A stretch of 64,000 nt of DNA from Adineta vaga (Eukaryota; Animalia; Rotifera): positions 4,960,001-5,024,000 of the forward strand of contig CP075495.1 of assembly GCA_021613535.1 (NCBI GenBank). Direction: 5' to 3'. Every line of letters starts with the position of its first letter. Position 1 is the first letter of the stretch. Of this stretch, positions 41,972 to 54,909 are shown piece by piece. The notes below the pieces were generated by a model, which was given only the letters and a program-made list of their open reading frames with translations, was not told the DNA's origin and did not search any database. Made by a program: the position numbers and the translations under genes.

Positions 41972-42034
41972 ACTAATAAGAATAATAAACAAAAAAAAAG
42001 AGAATTAGTCATTGTAAGAGAACCTTAAACTCAC

Positions 42035-42090
42035 TGATCCACGTAGTCAGTATATTGATGAACGTGGCCGAAAACCTCAGAAATCATCAT
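42035..42090 (-). CDS. Innexin alternative first coding exon A (MMISEVFGHVHQYTDYVDH)
   Basis: ATG-led, phase-2 GTGAGT donor, 62-nt intron, in frame with innexin acceptor at 41972. Confidence 0.55.
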
Positions 42091-42662
42091 TAGATATAGA
42101 AATATGTCTTCTTCAGTTTTCTTGGCTCAAAATGATGGAGAAAGAGAGAGATAGAGAGAGAGAAAAAAGTCATTTATTAGCATCATTACTGAATAAATGA
42201 TTCAAGAGTAGAATGACGAATTTTTCCCTCTCAAAATACATTTATATAATAGAAAGCGAGATGAAATTCGATAATGATCATTATTCTCATTCGATATGAT
42301 TTGGTTTTATTACATTTTCTTTATGCTTTCTCTCTTTTCTTGTCCTTTTTTTCTCCTCGGTCCTATTCTCAATCTCATGTGACTATCATGGCATCCAAAT
42401 GCTGTTCGTGCTTTTTGCTATAATCAATATGAGGACATACTCTAGGAACTCTATATCAATAACGATATCAGAGGAAAAAAAATACTAAGTGTTTTTCTAA
42501 CATGGTTTCCTCCTGTGATCTGATCATGTATGTATACATTATAAAACTGTTATCTTAGAGAAGATTAAAACCATTAGCAAGTGTGAAGAATCCATTAGTA
42601 GATTTAGTCACAAGTGAACATGAGTTACAAGAATCAAGAAAAACTATGAAGAGAGATTTTAC

Positions 42663-42712
42663 CGTATCTGTTGTCGGTGAGGGTGATGATGATGATGATG
42701 ATCTGTTAGCAT
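42663..42712 (-). CDS. Innexin alternative first coding exon B (MLTDHHHHHHPHRQQIR)
   Basis: ATG-led, phase-2 GTAAAA donor, in frame with innexin acceptor. Confidence 0.4.
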
Positions 42713-44803
42713 TGTGTGTAGGACTTCGAAGTCGATTTCTATTCAACCATATTCTATCTCATAACTCTCATTAGAAATAAGTAAATGTGAGTGCGTGATC
42801 ATTGCGTTTTTCTCTCTCTTTTTTTTCTTCTCCTTAGTTCTCAAATTGGTTAACTTTTTTAGAAATAAATTTATCACGCTTTCTATTCAAACATGCAAAA
42901 AGAAAACTGCCAAATAGAACTGACCATTACTTCGGGTTTTTTTCCTTCTTACTCTTCTAATGATTATAACATATTAGATATGCAAACTTATTTAAAAATT
43001 CAATGAAATTTTGATTTGTTGAGATGATTAAAAGTAAAAGAAAATGCAAACTTTTTTTTCTTAGAAATAAATAAGTTTATATGCACCTGTTATTAGCCAT
43101 TTCTTTCAAACCAAGACAACGAACATTCTGACGACTGACAATCAATTCTCCAGCAGGTATTGTCGTACAAGAAAATAAAAATGTCCTGACGGAAACATCA
43201 ATCGATTTCTTCTTTTCTTTCTTTTTTTGTATTAAAAGAACTAAGTAAGTTAATTTGACAACGTAAAACAAAAAAGAGAACGAGAGCGACTTTCGAGCAT
43301 TCACTTACCTTTATGTCTAACTAAGTGAATAGTTCTATTTACATTCGAAATATGTCCGATTCAATAGACGATCTGCTTACTGTTCTAACCTTGCTTGAAA
43401 ACAAAAAGAACCACTAATTTTTGTTCCGTCTCTTTTCTTCCCCTTTTCACCCGCTTCCAATGTATGTCTCCGCCTTAGTCTCTCGATCAATGATGATTTA
43501 TCTTTTTTCTCTATGCATACGACATATACTGTTGCTCATTTCCTTTTTCGATCAAATCAATAATTTTTTTCATCAATCCATTTGAGGAGATCATTTTCAT
43601 TTCTCTTTTTTTCTATCCTATAGTTAGCTAATTTTTAATTTCACACCTTTCACTTCAGTCTCTTTTTTTTTCTCCGACCTATATAGTATTGATTTTTATC
43701 GATACTAAAGGTAATTATCTTGTTCTTTTTTTCTGTAATAATTCGCATTATTTGTATCAGTAAATACAAATGATCTCTCTTTATATCCCATTGTCCCAGT
43801 GCTATGTTTCGATTTGCTTCTCGACGAAGGACAAAAGAAACATTGAAGTCTGCTGCACTCTTTTCTCTCTCTCTCTCTCTCTCCTTTTTTTTCCTAACAC
43901 TAGGTAACTATACATATATAAAATGGTATCATGGGAAATATTGGACGATTAGTAGCAGTTGGAATCATGCTGTTCGATTAGACTTAACATATGGGTAACA
44001 TTTAGTCAATGGGAAGAAAAAACTCCTGATGTGACTTGAACTTTTAATAGAGAGATCAATAAGTAGAAGTTAATTGGAAAAATAGTACCTGTGAAAACGA
44101 TAAAGCATGATAATATAATATTATTTCTAGAATTAATAGATGATTATCGCTGATAATAAAATTCATATAACTGACATTTTTGAACAAAAGAAGATATATT
44201 TCGGTAGGATAAATGAGATGATGATAATAATAATAATAAAGACAATTGAGTAAAAATCATCATGATGGAAAAAGAAAAGAGCCTCAATCTATTTTATATT
44301 AATACTCTTTTATTCTTCTCTTCTCCTCCTCACTTTCTCTCTCAGTTTTTTTTCATCATCTCTTCTCTTTGTATACTTCTGTCTATTAATTCTCTAGATT
44401 TTGTTATTGATCTGGTAGACATATAACCATGGATGTCCCATCAGTCGCCCACAAATATACAATTCTAATTAAAGACAAAATCGTTCTTGTTAAACTACTT
44501 TAGAAGTCTAGTGTTTGTATCTCTTCTCACATACGTACCATTTATTGACTATCGAAGAGAGAGCGAAGAAGAAGAAGAGAAATCTGAATTGAATAGACGA
44601 GCATTCCAATGCACTTACAAACAATACTCAATATTCTTCGTCAATAGATTCTTATATCAAGAATCATTCATATATTGAATTATTTTCAAGGTGGGCTTTT
44701 TATTAATAAATAAAATCATTTCGTTTTCCTTTCCTTTGTGCAATATTTAAGTATTAAATATTGATCTAATTTCAATAATTAATGGGTAAGCTCGTTCTAT
44801 ATA

Positions 44804-44806
<3 letters not shown>

Positions 44807-44837
<31 letters not shown>
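44807..44837. repeat. (TA)n microsatellite
   Basis: Direct reading. Confidence 0.9.
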
Positions 44838-44840
<3 letters not shown>

Positions 44841-46351
44841 GATCAGAAAGAAATTCATGACAATGAATTTTTATTAGTTGATAAATGAGAACTAGAAGAA
44901 AGAATCGAATCGATCTATGATCATAAATAAATATGTCTTTTACTTAAGTATTTTCTTTAGGTTTCATGATATTTCTCGGTAGTTCGATTCATATTCAAAT
45001 TTGATGTCAATGAATGGAACATCATGTCAATGATGCATAGTTGCATTCTTTTCAGATAATTATATTTTTGAGTTTCTTTAATAAACGAGAGCTTTCAACA
45101 TATTTAAAATCTCTAGAAAGATATGCGCTTTTTCTTCATGTTTGCTGTTTACTTTATTGAAAAAACCTTGAGTTATCAAATAAAGCCTTTAACTACAAAT
45201 AATCCTTAATCTGTGTACATTATTGTTGTTAAGTTGGCCTTACGGAAATACATAAAACTAACAATTTCTCTAGTCTTATATAAAAACTAACGAACATTGA
45301 CAAATGTGTTCATATCAATCAGAAGAACTTCTTTTTTCTAATTATTTCATGTTGTCGAACCTTTGTCAATCAAATCCTATTGAAAGAAGGAGAAGTTATC
45401 GTAATTAACAAAATCAGAACATGAAATATGTATATATGCTATAGATTAAGATATATTTCTTTTCTCAAGTGACCAAGGTTTTTTTTAATGGCTAAAGTAC
45501 ATACTTTCATTATTAATTGTCAAGAGAAATTTAAGTGAAAAATAAATATAAGATGATAAAATTTACACATACAAAAATACAACTTCTACTCACACAGACC
45601 TTCGAGTCGAAAGTGAATGCATCGTCTTGCTATTTAAGTTGATTTGTTTGTATTGTACTTCACTTTTGATTTCATATATTTATGTAGATTGTTAGATTAA
45701 TGTTGGTGTCATTCCAACATCATTCTACCTTTATCTATATGAAGGAAGTTTTCTTTTTTTTTCTTCTCTTCCTTTTCTTAATCTAGCTATCACTAGAAAT
45801 TAACAACGACGATGGCATCGGCTGGTGTTGATGAATAGAATGATGTGACAAAATTCATAGGCAACTCAGCACGTAGTTGTTCAAAACATTTCTTGTTCGT
45901 GTAAGAAATATAAGAAAGGAAGAGTAAATACATAAGCATTGCCATTGCCATCGAACATCTTCTCAATCTCACTAAGAAAACAGTGCCGTGCGAGTTTCTT
46001 TTCCTTCTTTCTTTCTTTCTTCGTTTTTTTTGTTCTTAACGTTATATGTCGTCATTTTTCTATTACTACAACTCCTGTTGTTGTTGTGCGATGTCGAAGA
46101 AAGTAGTAATAGCAGAGACTACTCATTTTCTCCACTCATTTCATTGTGCATTCTTACACTTTTCCCCTTCTTTCCATGCTTATATACACATAGATGCACA
46201 CACAATCGAATATTATAGTTAAACAAAAAAAAAAAAGAAAAGAACTCGAGAAGGAGAAAAAAAAGGAAATGATGATGATGAAGACGGTCGGACATGGTGG
46301 AGAAGTTTTTTTTTGCCGGATCTATGATCAATCTATTTGTATTTAACTTAC

Positions 46352-46635
46352 CTGTCACCTCCGCTAATGAACTCGCCAACCTTAAGATCGTGTAATTTAC
46401 TTGGTCGAAGTTCAAGATCAAAATGTTCAATACGATCAGGTTCTTCGTGGCCTCTTTTACCAACAGAACCACTTAATTGTTTGGTCCGGAGATTGGAGAT
46501 ACTAGTCAAGCTAAAATATTGCCAAAAGGAGAAAAAAACGAGAGATAATTATTATTATTATAAAATTAAGAATTCATTATTTGTTATTTCTTACCGCTGA
46601 ATTTCAGCTCGTTTTTGGCGAGGAGCCTTGTTCAT
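46352..46635 (-). CDS. Innexin alternative 5' coding exons C (46595-46635, 46352-46510), a 67-aa N-terminal extension
   Basis: MNKAPRQKRAEIQR|LTSISNLRTKQ...GEFISGGDS; strong GTAAG/GTAAGT donors, both phase 2, stop-free, in frame with innexin MVAGFL. Confidence 0.7.
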
Positions 46636-47861
46636 GAGCTCTAAACAAACAAAATAGAAGAAAATTGTGATATTCATTAGAGCACGACAAATCCAGGTGA
46701 TCGTCTTAGACTTACATGAATACTATGTGAACATAGAGAAATAGAAAAAGAAGACAAAAGAAACTGTATGATTCTTGCATTCCGCTGGAAAAAACGATAA
46801 TCATATGTTTCTAGACATTAGAAAACAGTATACAGTTGAATGCATTCTGGTCCTTCGAATTAATCTTCAGATACTAAGTAATAATGATAATTTCTGATTT
46901 TTTTTCTTCCACTTCATTGAATTACTTTCAATCATCTTGAAAAAATAATGTTACTCGATGAGAAAGCAAAAAAAGAAAAAGAAAAGAAATTTCAGAGCAA
47001 GAAAACTCTATAGTTTATAGTAATTCAATCTCACCTTAGAAAGAAAAACCAACAAGAAAATTGTTAATCATTTCTACTACTTAATAATCGATATGAAAAT
47101 ATATATCAATTAAATCCTAGATAACTACTGAATATCTGTAGGAAAGATAAAGTCTCAATCTTATCATTCAAGTTCTCTTCTTCATTACTTCTTGATCATT
47201 AAATCTAGACACGAATTTAGACGTGATCGCGCATTTTCTTTCTTTACCTTATAGCAACAGATTGTTATAATGATTGCGTATAGTTTCTCTTTTTTCCTAA
47301 TTCAAATCTCGTATAGATCAATGTTCGTGTGTGTATGTTGCTTTATTAGTTACATTTGATGTTGGCAAAGTGTTCTATCAATCGATTTCAAGTATCATTT
47401 TCTTATTGACGACGATAGATGCCGTTTGAATTAAACTAGAGACCATTGCAATGGAACAAGGATCTCGTTTTACGTCTTCATAGGCCATGAATGACAATTT
47501 GAGTGGGTCGCAAACACTTCGCTTTCCATTTTCACACTCTCAAGGCTTTTTTCATCATCGTCGTCTTTTCTTCATGGTGCTTCATCGTATTTTTTTATTT
47601 TGACCGATTAAGGTAAGTATAAGTAAGGAAAAAACGGGAGAGAAAGGTAGTTTTCAATAGTAAATTTACGAACAATTGTGCAGCTAGAAATAACAATAAC
47701 AATATTTTATACAATATCTTGTTCTTTTTTCTTCTTTATCGTCTTCTGTTCTTCTTCACGATTCAGTTTCTATGTCTAGTGAACGATGTGGTTTTTCTTC
47801 ATTCTTCTCTTTCTTTCTCGTTTTTTTGTAATCTAATCGTTAACTGCTGCTATTGCTGTTC

Positions 47862-47886
47862 CTACTACTACTACTACTACTACTAC
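47862..47886. repeat. (TAC)n microsatellite
   Basis: Direct reading; explains poly-Tyr in spurious ORF 47719-47943. Confidence 0.9.
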
Positions 47887-50800
47887 TTCTTTTTCTATTG
47901 TAGTTTCCTTCTGTTTCTAGCGCCCTTCGTCTTCACGTTATGATTACCGCAGTATACAAATATATATATATATAAATATATTTATATATATATGTGCGTG
48001 TGTGTGCGAGTGTGAGTGCGTAAGCATCGTGTTAGTAGCACACATTGCACAAGAAAGACATAGTCACGGAAAAGAAGAAATGAGAGAAAAGTAGAGAGTT
48101 ACTGGCTTGAATGCGTGTGTACTAGCATGCTTCAAAATTTGAATACGCTTGGCAAAATCTAAAATCTTTTTATATTCTTTGCTTCTTTTTCTTTTAAGTA
48201 TATGTAATGGTGTAATACACGATTATTGATTGTAATACCTCGTTAAAATAATAATTAATCAATCAATTGTACCGAAACTCCAATTGATAAGAAGAAATGA
48301 AAATATGAAAAGAGCGAGAGAAAGAATATATACATACCTTTTGTAATGATTTTTAGACGAAGAAAGAATAACAATTTCATATCGAACTCATGTTCATTTT
48401 CTTTTGTCTGTCAGCAGTCAGTGACGATGACGATCAGGTGGACGCAAATGAATCAAACAACATGTTAATAAACTAGATAAATTTCGTTGATAATGACTTG
48501 ATAATAATAGTGATTGCTCATCCATATGGGGTTGGATTAACAAAATTGTTTATTATTATTATTATTGTTGTTGTTGTTGATGCTGTACGATACTTGTTCG
48601 ATGTGTCGATAATATGTTCGAGAAGAAAGAAAAGAGGAAGAAGAAAAAAGACAAAGAATATTAGGATTGACTATATAATCTACAAGGATCGACCATATCA
48701 TATCAAAGAAGGATAAAACTGAGGCGCATTATGATTATAATTATTATTATTTTTATTATCATCAGCATCATCTTCATACGTTTTGTCGTTCATTATTTCT
48801 ACTTTTTCTCTCCCTCTCATTCCTTTTTTCCTATAACGTTCTCTTGTTGTTAGCATGTATCTGCGTGTGTATACAGAAACATGGGCGCGCTTTTTTCTCG
48901 TCGAGTTCGTCAACGAGCGAACGAACAAACAGCAGATAGATGAAGGAAAAACCCGAGAAAAAAAGAGAAGAAAAAGTGTTGTTTGGATAAAATTCTCAAA
49001 AAAAAGAACGATGACGTCGTTGATGTTGCTAGTTCTTGCACACGCATATATATATATATAAATGAAAACAAGAATAAGTCTCATTTCTTATTATTTTATG
49101 GTTCTCTATTAACCATTCATCATCATCATCTTCTTAAGAAGAACGAGTTCAATCTTTCACATATTGTCACTTCCTTCCGGATTTGATCTAACTAGATCGC
49201 CATTTTTTCTTCAGCATGAGCATTTTTTTTTCTTTCTACAATGTCTTATTAATACAGAACATATTGAATACTTGAGCCGTTTGCTTTCATGGGCAAACAC
49301 GTTTTGATTGTTCATTTGCTATATACGTGTAAAGGAACTAAATGTAATGGAACTTGAAACGTGCAACAAAAGCTCATAGCTTGAAGCCTTATTAAAAGAG
49401 AGATTACTACATCTTCCTAGTGGTATGAAAGACCAATTGTGAATAATATGAACGAGTTTGAATGCAATTGTTAATCCGGATGACGTGCTTACCAATAAAT
49501 AAATAACACAAACATTCAAATGGAAAAAGTTGTTGCTTTTATCAAATAGAAATAATCGAGCAACAAGAAGAAGAAAGTTCAATACTCGATCATTATTCTT
49601 GTTATCGTCTTGATAATTTAGTCAAATTCTATTTGTCTAAAATTTACGATGTTGCTGAATTTATAGCTTTGCCTTCCGAAAGATAGAAGATGACGAAGAA
49701 AAAAAACGGAAATAATGTAACAACTGTAATAGAAAAAGAAAGAGAAAAGTATACGGTTTGAATGTGAACGACCATGCCGGAAACCAAATTATTAAGCTAC
49801 CATCAATAAAAGCTCTTGTAAAGATTACGTGTGAAACATCTCAGTGCATATTCCATCAGAGAGAAGAGAAATGTGAACAAGATCATGCTAAGTATTCAAG
49901 GTTACGAAATGATGACGAAAGGATTATGTGTAATTCTCTTAGGAATACAAAAACAGCTCGCACCATCTGACACATAATATTATGTACTGAACTAAATGAG
50001 AATAGAGGAAGATATTTTTAGTTTTTGACACACTTTCAAGTGTAGCATTGAACAACTGTCGTTTGTCCTTGAATTTCAAGTATTTAACAAAACTTTATTT
50101 GTATAAATATAGATGGAGAAAGATATATTTACTTCTAGTTTATTTCTATTTACAATTGCTGACGAAATATGTATATATCATTGGTAGATCTCATGCGTCA
50201 GAAAATGCTTTCTTGACTATGTCTATTTATTCAAGAGATAGAAGAAAAAAGCAACTATTGATAAATGTCTATTTCCAGACAAATGATTGCATTTTTTATG
50301 TATTTAAATGCTACTTAATCTTTATAACGAATCGAATCAGAAAGGAAAAGTCTTTTTTAATCAGATATATATATATATATATGATGAGCTTAACACAATC
50401 GTATATAAATAACTAGACATGAATGTTACCAGAAATGTTAGTCGATTTTTTTCAATTTTTCATTACGACAAACAAAGCCTTTGGGGAAACATAAAAGTTG
50501 GTAACTAGAAGAAGTTGATTGCCGCATATACACACTCGCAGTCACATATGCACGCCATTTATTGAGTTTTTTTCTTAAGAAGATTTTATTCCTAGAGAAA
50601 AGCTTATGAACGACGACTTGTTAGCTTATTTAATCTCTCAAAGCTACTCTCTATTGACATCACAAGTATATATACATATACATATTTATAATAAATGAGA
50701 GAAAGAAAGAAAGAAAGAAAGTTTCTCGCATGAATATTTGTCAGTGAAGCAAGACATATGACAATCATAGAGGTATTAACTAAATTACTCACATACAAGT

Positions 50801-53800
50801 CGCATCTGACAGAAAAAACTAAGTCGAAAGTTAATTAAGTCCGACATATATCGATATTTCTCTATAATAAAGAGAGACAGAGAGAGAGAAGACGATTTTC
50901 TCTATTATAAGACTTCAAAAAAGAATTTTCAACTAATCTTGAACTGACGATAGAAGAAAAACATATATCATTAACTATTAATAAATCATCGTTAATGTTC
51001 TGAAAAGACATTCTTTTGGTGTCAAGAGCTTGTTATGTTAACAGTTTGTCATTACGACGGAGAACATTACGATGTTCGAACATACTGTCGATTATGTCGA
51101 ATTATACTCAGAAGCTGAAAAAAGAAGAATAGACAACACAAATGAATATACAATGTTGAAGAAATTAGCAGTTAATTGTACCAATAGACAATGACCGGGA
51201 AAAAAAAGCGATATTTCGAATTATATTTTTGTTATAACTGTTTGTGCCCTTTACTTAGATTGGAATGTTTCGATATGACAGTCCGATTTATGTGTACATT
51301 AAGGTTAGAGAAAAAAAGGTCATCGTTGCTTTCTGACAACTTCAATATGGTATCCTATTTATATTGTCAGGTTAAGATGAATACAGGCAACTGGAATACG
51401 TTGTATTATGTTGATTTTCAAAAGAAAATGTTCTCTTTGGGGAAGTCATTGAAACAGTAGAACAAAATATTCATGTCGATGATAAGTAACAAACTGAGAC
51501 AAAAAAAGGACTTATTTTACTGGAAAATTTCATACTATCAGAATGACATATTAAAGGAAATAGAATGTGAAGAAAAAAGTTCATCAATAACTCGAAGCAA
51601 TCACGCGCAAATAAACTCTCAGATAAAAACGTCAGGTTTAGACATATTGTACAGAAGCCGCTAGGCAATTCTATGTATATATACATATTTATTCTGATAA
51701 GAAAAATGTTCTGATTCGATCTGTTTGAAATACAATTAACTAAAGATCTAACCAAGTTCAAATCTAAACAAATTTCTCTGCTATGAAGCCATGTCAGACA
51801 TTAGAGAGCTATTAAAAGGCAAAGACTAATCGAGCGATACGAATGTCGTTTCCTGTTAATGCGTATATAAAAAACAGAAACATGAATGACTGCACACATT
51901 TTTCTCCTTAACTTTCAATCTTTTGGTGTATTCTTTATGTATATCAAGAGCTTTTACCTTATGATGTGTCTCATGTCAACACATAAAAAGGTGTCAAATT
52001 AATAGAAAAAAAAACGGAAGTTTCTCTTGAAAGATTTTTCACATGACTGATTTGGATAGAGTTCTTTTTTTTTCAAGGATAATTTAGATAGAAGTTAATA
52101 AAATATATGTGAAAGATACTTAGTGATAATTAAGAACTTGCCGTGAACAAATCATGAAAAGTCATTTGAATTCAACTTTTGCCTTGAACTATGGAAATAA
52201 TAGAAATAATCTCGAGTGATTTGTTTATAAATTAATGAAAATAAAAGAAAAATTCAAATAATAAAAATCATCATTCGATTTATACCTTAACAATCAGCAT
52301 CATCATTGACAACTTAGACCCCATCATTCTTCGGCTTAATAAAATTATGTTGCCTTTCTTTTTCTCTTTTTCTGTCGAACAACTGATACAGAAATAATTT
52401 GTCTAAAAGAGAAGCTTGACACCTCTAGTTCTGCCTGTATAATCGACCATTATGTGGATTATCTTGTTAACTCCCTCTTTCTATTCTTCGCCCCCCCCCT
52501 CCCCACCCCATCTCTATTTCTTTTTCTTTTTCTCTTCTTCGAACAAAGAATATAGAAGATCTTTTATATAATGTCAATCGAATTTCTAGTTACTTACTGT
52601 TTGTATATAGAACCATTGATGGTAAGAGTGAAACGTTCCAAGATGCATGTCGAAATCGATATGCATCAAGTAAAGAAAGGACTATCGGAAAAATATGATG
52701 ATAATGATAAAAATTGATGACGACAATTGTGTATTTTGTATGTATAAATATAAGATTGTGATGATGATGATAAAATATTAGGAGAAGAAGAAGAAGAAGA
52801 AGAAGGAGGAGATGAAGAAGAAGTGACTATGATAATAGTAGTAGGACTTGTTTGAATTGTTGATTGCTCAATTTCGTATTGGTGCTCGCTTCCCGTTGTT
52901 GAAGTCTCGTTCTCATGTTAGTAGTCGATCGATGTTGATGATGTTGGCGGCATCGGTTTTTCTCATCGTCGTCGCTTGCAATCATCTGTGCAGTCGGTCT
53001 GCGGTTGTTATTATGATTTGTTGTTTGAAAGACAGAGCGAGACAAAGACTCAGGAAAAAAAGAGAAAGAGAAAAAAGGGATTGTTGAAAGAAAGAAAAGA
53101 AAGTGTGTATGGTTATCCCACAAAGAATTGTAGTGAAAGAACGAGCGACAAGATGAGCTTCTTTTCTATCACATACTATAATTCATATACGAAAGCATAG
53201 ACATCTCTTCCGCTCTCTCTCTCTCCTACTTTCTTCTTCCTTTTATACTACCTTAACATAAGAGGAGAAAAAGAAAAAGAATATTATAACAGTGAAGACA
53301 ACACATAGCGTCACTTTTCTTCCTATTAGTTCTAGTCATCATTTTTAATTTCTATGTATCGTTATCAGACACGCAGGAAGAACAAAACGAATTGAATATT
53401 GTTTTCTTTTGTCTTCATTTTGTTATCGTCGCTTTAGTTAATTGTTTACTAAGAATCTTAGCTCTTCTTTCTTTACTTTATGACGAAAAATCTGTTGCTT
53501 GCGTGATGAAATATTTCTTCTCTCTCTCTCTCTCTCCTTCTCCCAACGCAGTATCATGCAATGAAAGTCTTTGTTCTAATGATCGTTCTATCACACACAC
53601 TGTTTCTGTTTTCCTTGGGTTCTTCTTCTCTTTCTCTTATGTACTATCTCACTCGTCATTATTTCTAGCACTCTTATTTTGTCGTCATCAAATTGGCACG
53701 GATGGTGACGACGGAAAACAACAATCACTCATCCAACGCGATCATCCAAACAAGACTCATACATGTACGTTCTCGTTAAGTGAATCCTTTCAACGGCAAT

Positions 53801-53964
53801 AACTACAAAACGATAAAGGAAGAAAGAGAGAAAGAAAATTTACAGTTGCGGATAAGAATAGAATAGGTCAATATCGTCATCAAGGAAAGAAATGATTTTC
53901 CTAGTCATATATTAGTATTAAATCCAATAACATCATTCTTTTGTATTCATTCAGAAAAAAGCAA

Positions 53965-54419
53965 CAACGAAGGTGATGATAATCATAATCTGCAATACAT
54001 TTTTTCTCGATTTTTTGACTAATCGAGCTTATTCAAACGTAACATTATTTTCACGCAATACATCAATTGATTGTCTATAAAGGTTTCTGATCAATGCTGA
54101 TGTGATAATCTAAATCATTTATATATTCAAAACTCAGAAAAAAATCATTAAAACTACCTGAACTTTTTGAAGGGTTTTTTAATTCAACAATTCTTTCTTA
54201 TTTGTACTCTCATGGATTAACGGGTTTTCTTTGTGCTCTCAATTATATTAGGAATAAAATATCATCTCTTTTTTTATTAAACTATACCTCTCATAAAAAC
54301 AAATCGAGTAGTTTTCAATTATTTCTTTCTATTTTTGATATCTGCATTCATCTTTCTTTCCATAACCTTTCTTTATTTCATAATACTGTATTATGTTTAT
54401 TATCATATACATGCATATT
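53965..54419 (-). pseudogene. Decayed CFAP97/KIAA1430-domain-like gene remnant
   Basis: After TACAG acceptor: MHVYDNKHNTVL*NKERLWKER*MQISKIERNN*KLLD; downstream fragments IDVLRENN and EKKCIADYDYH in shifted frames; intron-sized spacers. Confidence 0.4.
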
Positions 54420-54909
54420 CTGTATAAGAATGTTAAAGATCAACCTACCTCCCGGATCATTATGCTCTCTCGAACAAAAGCAATAAGTGAGAGTATTCCT
54501 TATATCAACCATTCATTATATACATATACAGATATGTATGTATATTGGCCTAGATATGCTTGTTCACTAATGTACAATCAACTGAAAATGTCAACAACAA
54601 AATGGTTTCTATTACCACTCTTTCTCTTTACACAAATGCTTATATATATATGTATTCTTTCCTTTTCTTGCCATGCATCCCAACACATAAAGAACATAAG
54701 TTATCAGAATAAGAACGGAAGCCCATCAGGGTGCTAGCTACTAAGGGATAGTACATCAAATGATCATATGCAACATCACACGCATAATTTCTAACGAGAG
54801 TGTATGAATTATTTGCAATGCATCATTATAAGGTTAAAGAAGAGTGTATTTTTAGATATATGCTAGTTTGAATTATGATTACTAAACACCGGTATTTACA
54901 AAAAAAGTA

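Noticed and set aside
47000-53900. Numerous 60-136 aa ORFs rich in F/L/I/K here and at 4885-9544 and 23657-27832
   Set aside because: Products of microsatellites and pyrimidine/purine tracts in regulatory or UTR DNA; no domain or splice coherence
54288-54419. Selenoprotein or alternative genetic code reading of serial TGA codons
   Set aside because: Stops fall at Arg-like positions, neighbouring segments have TAA stops and frameshifts, and other genes end normally at TGA
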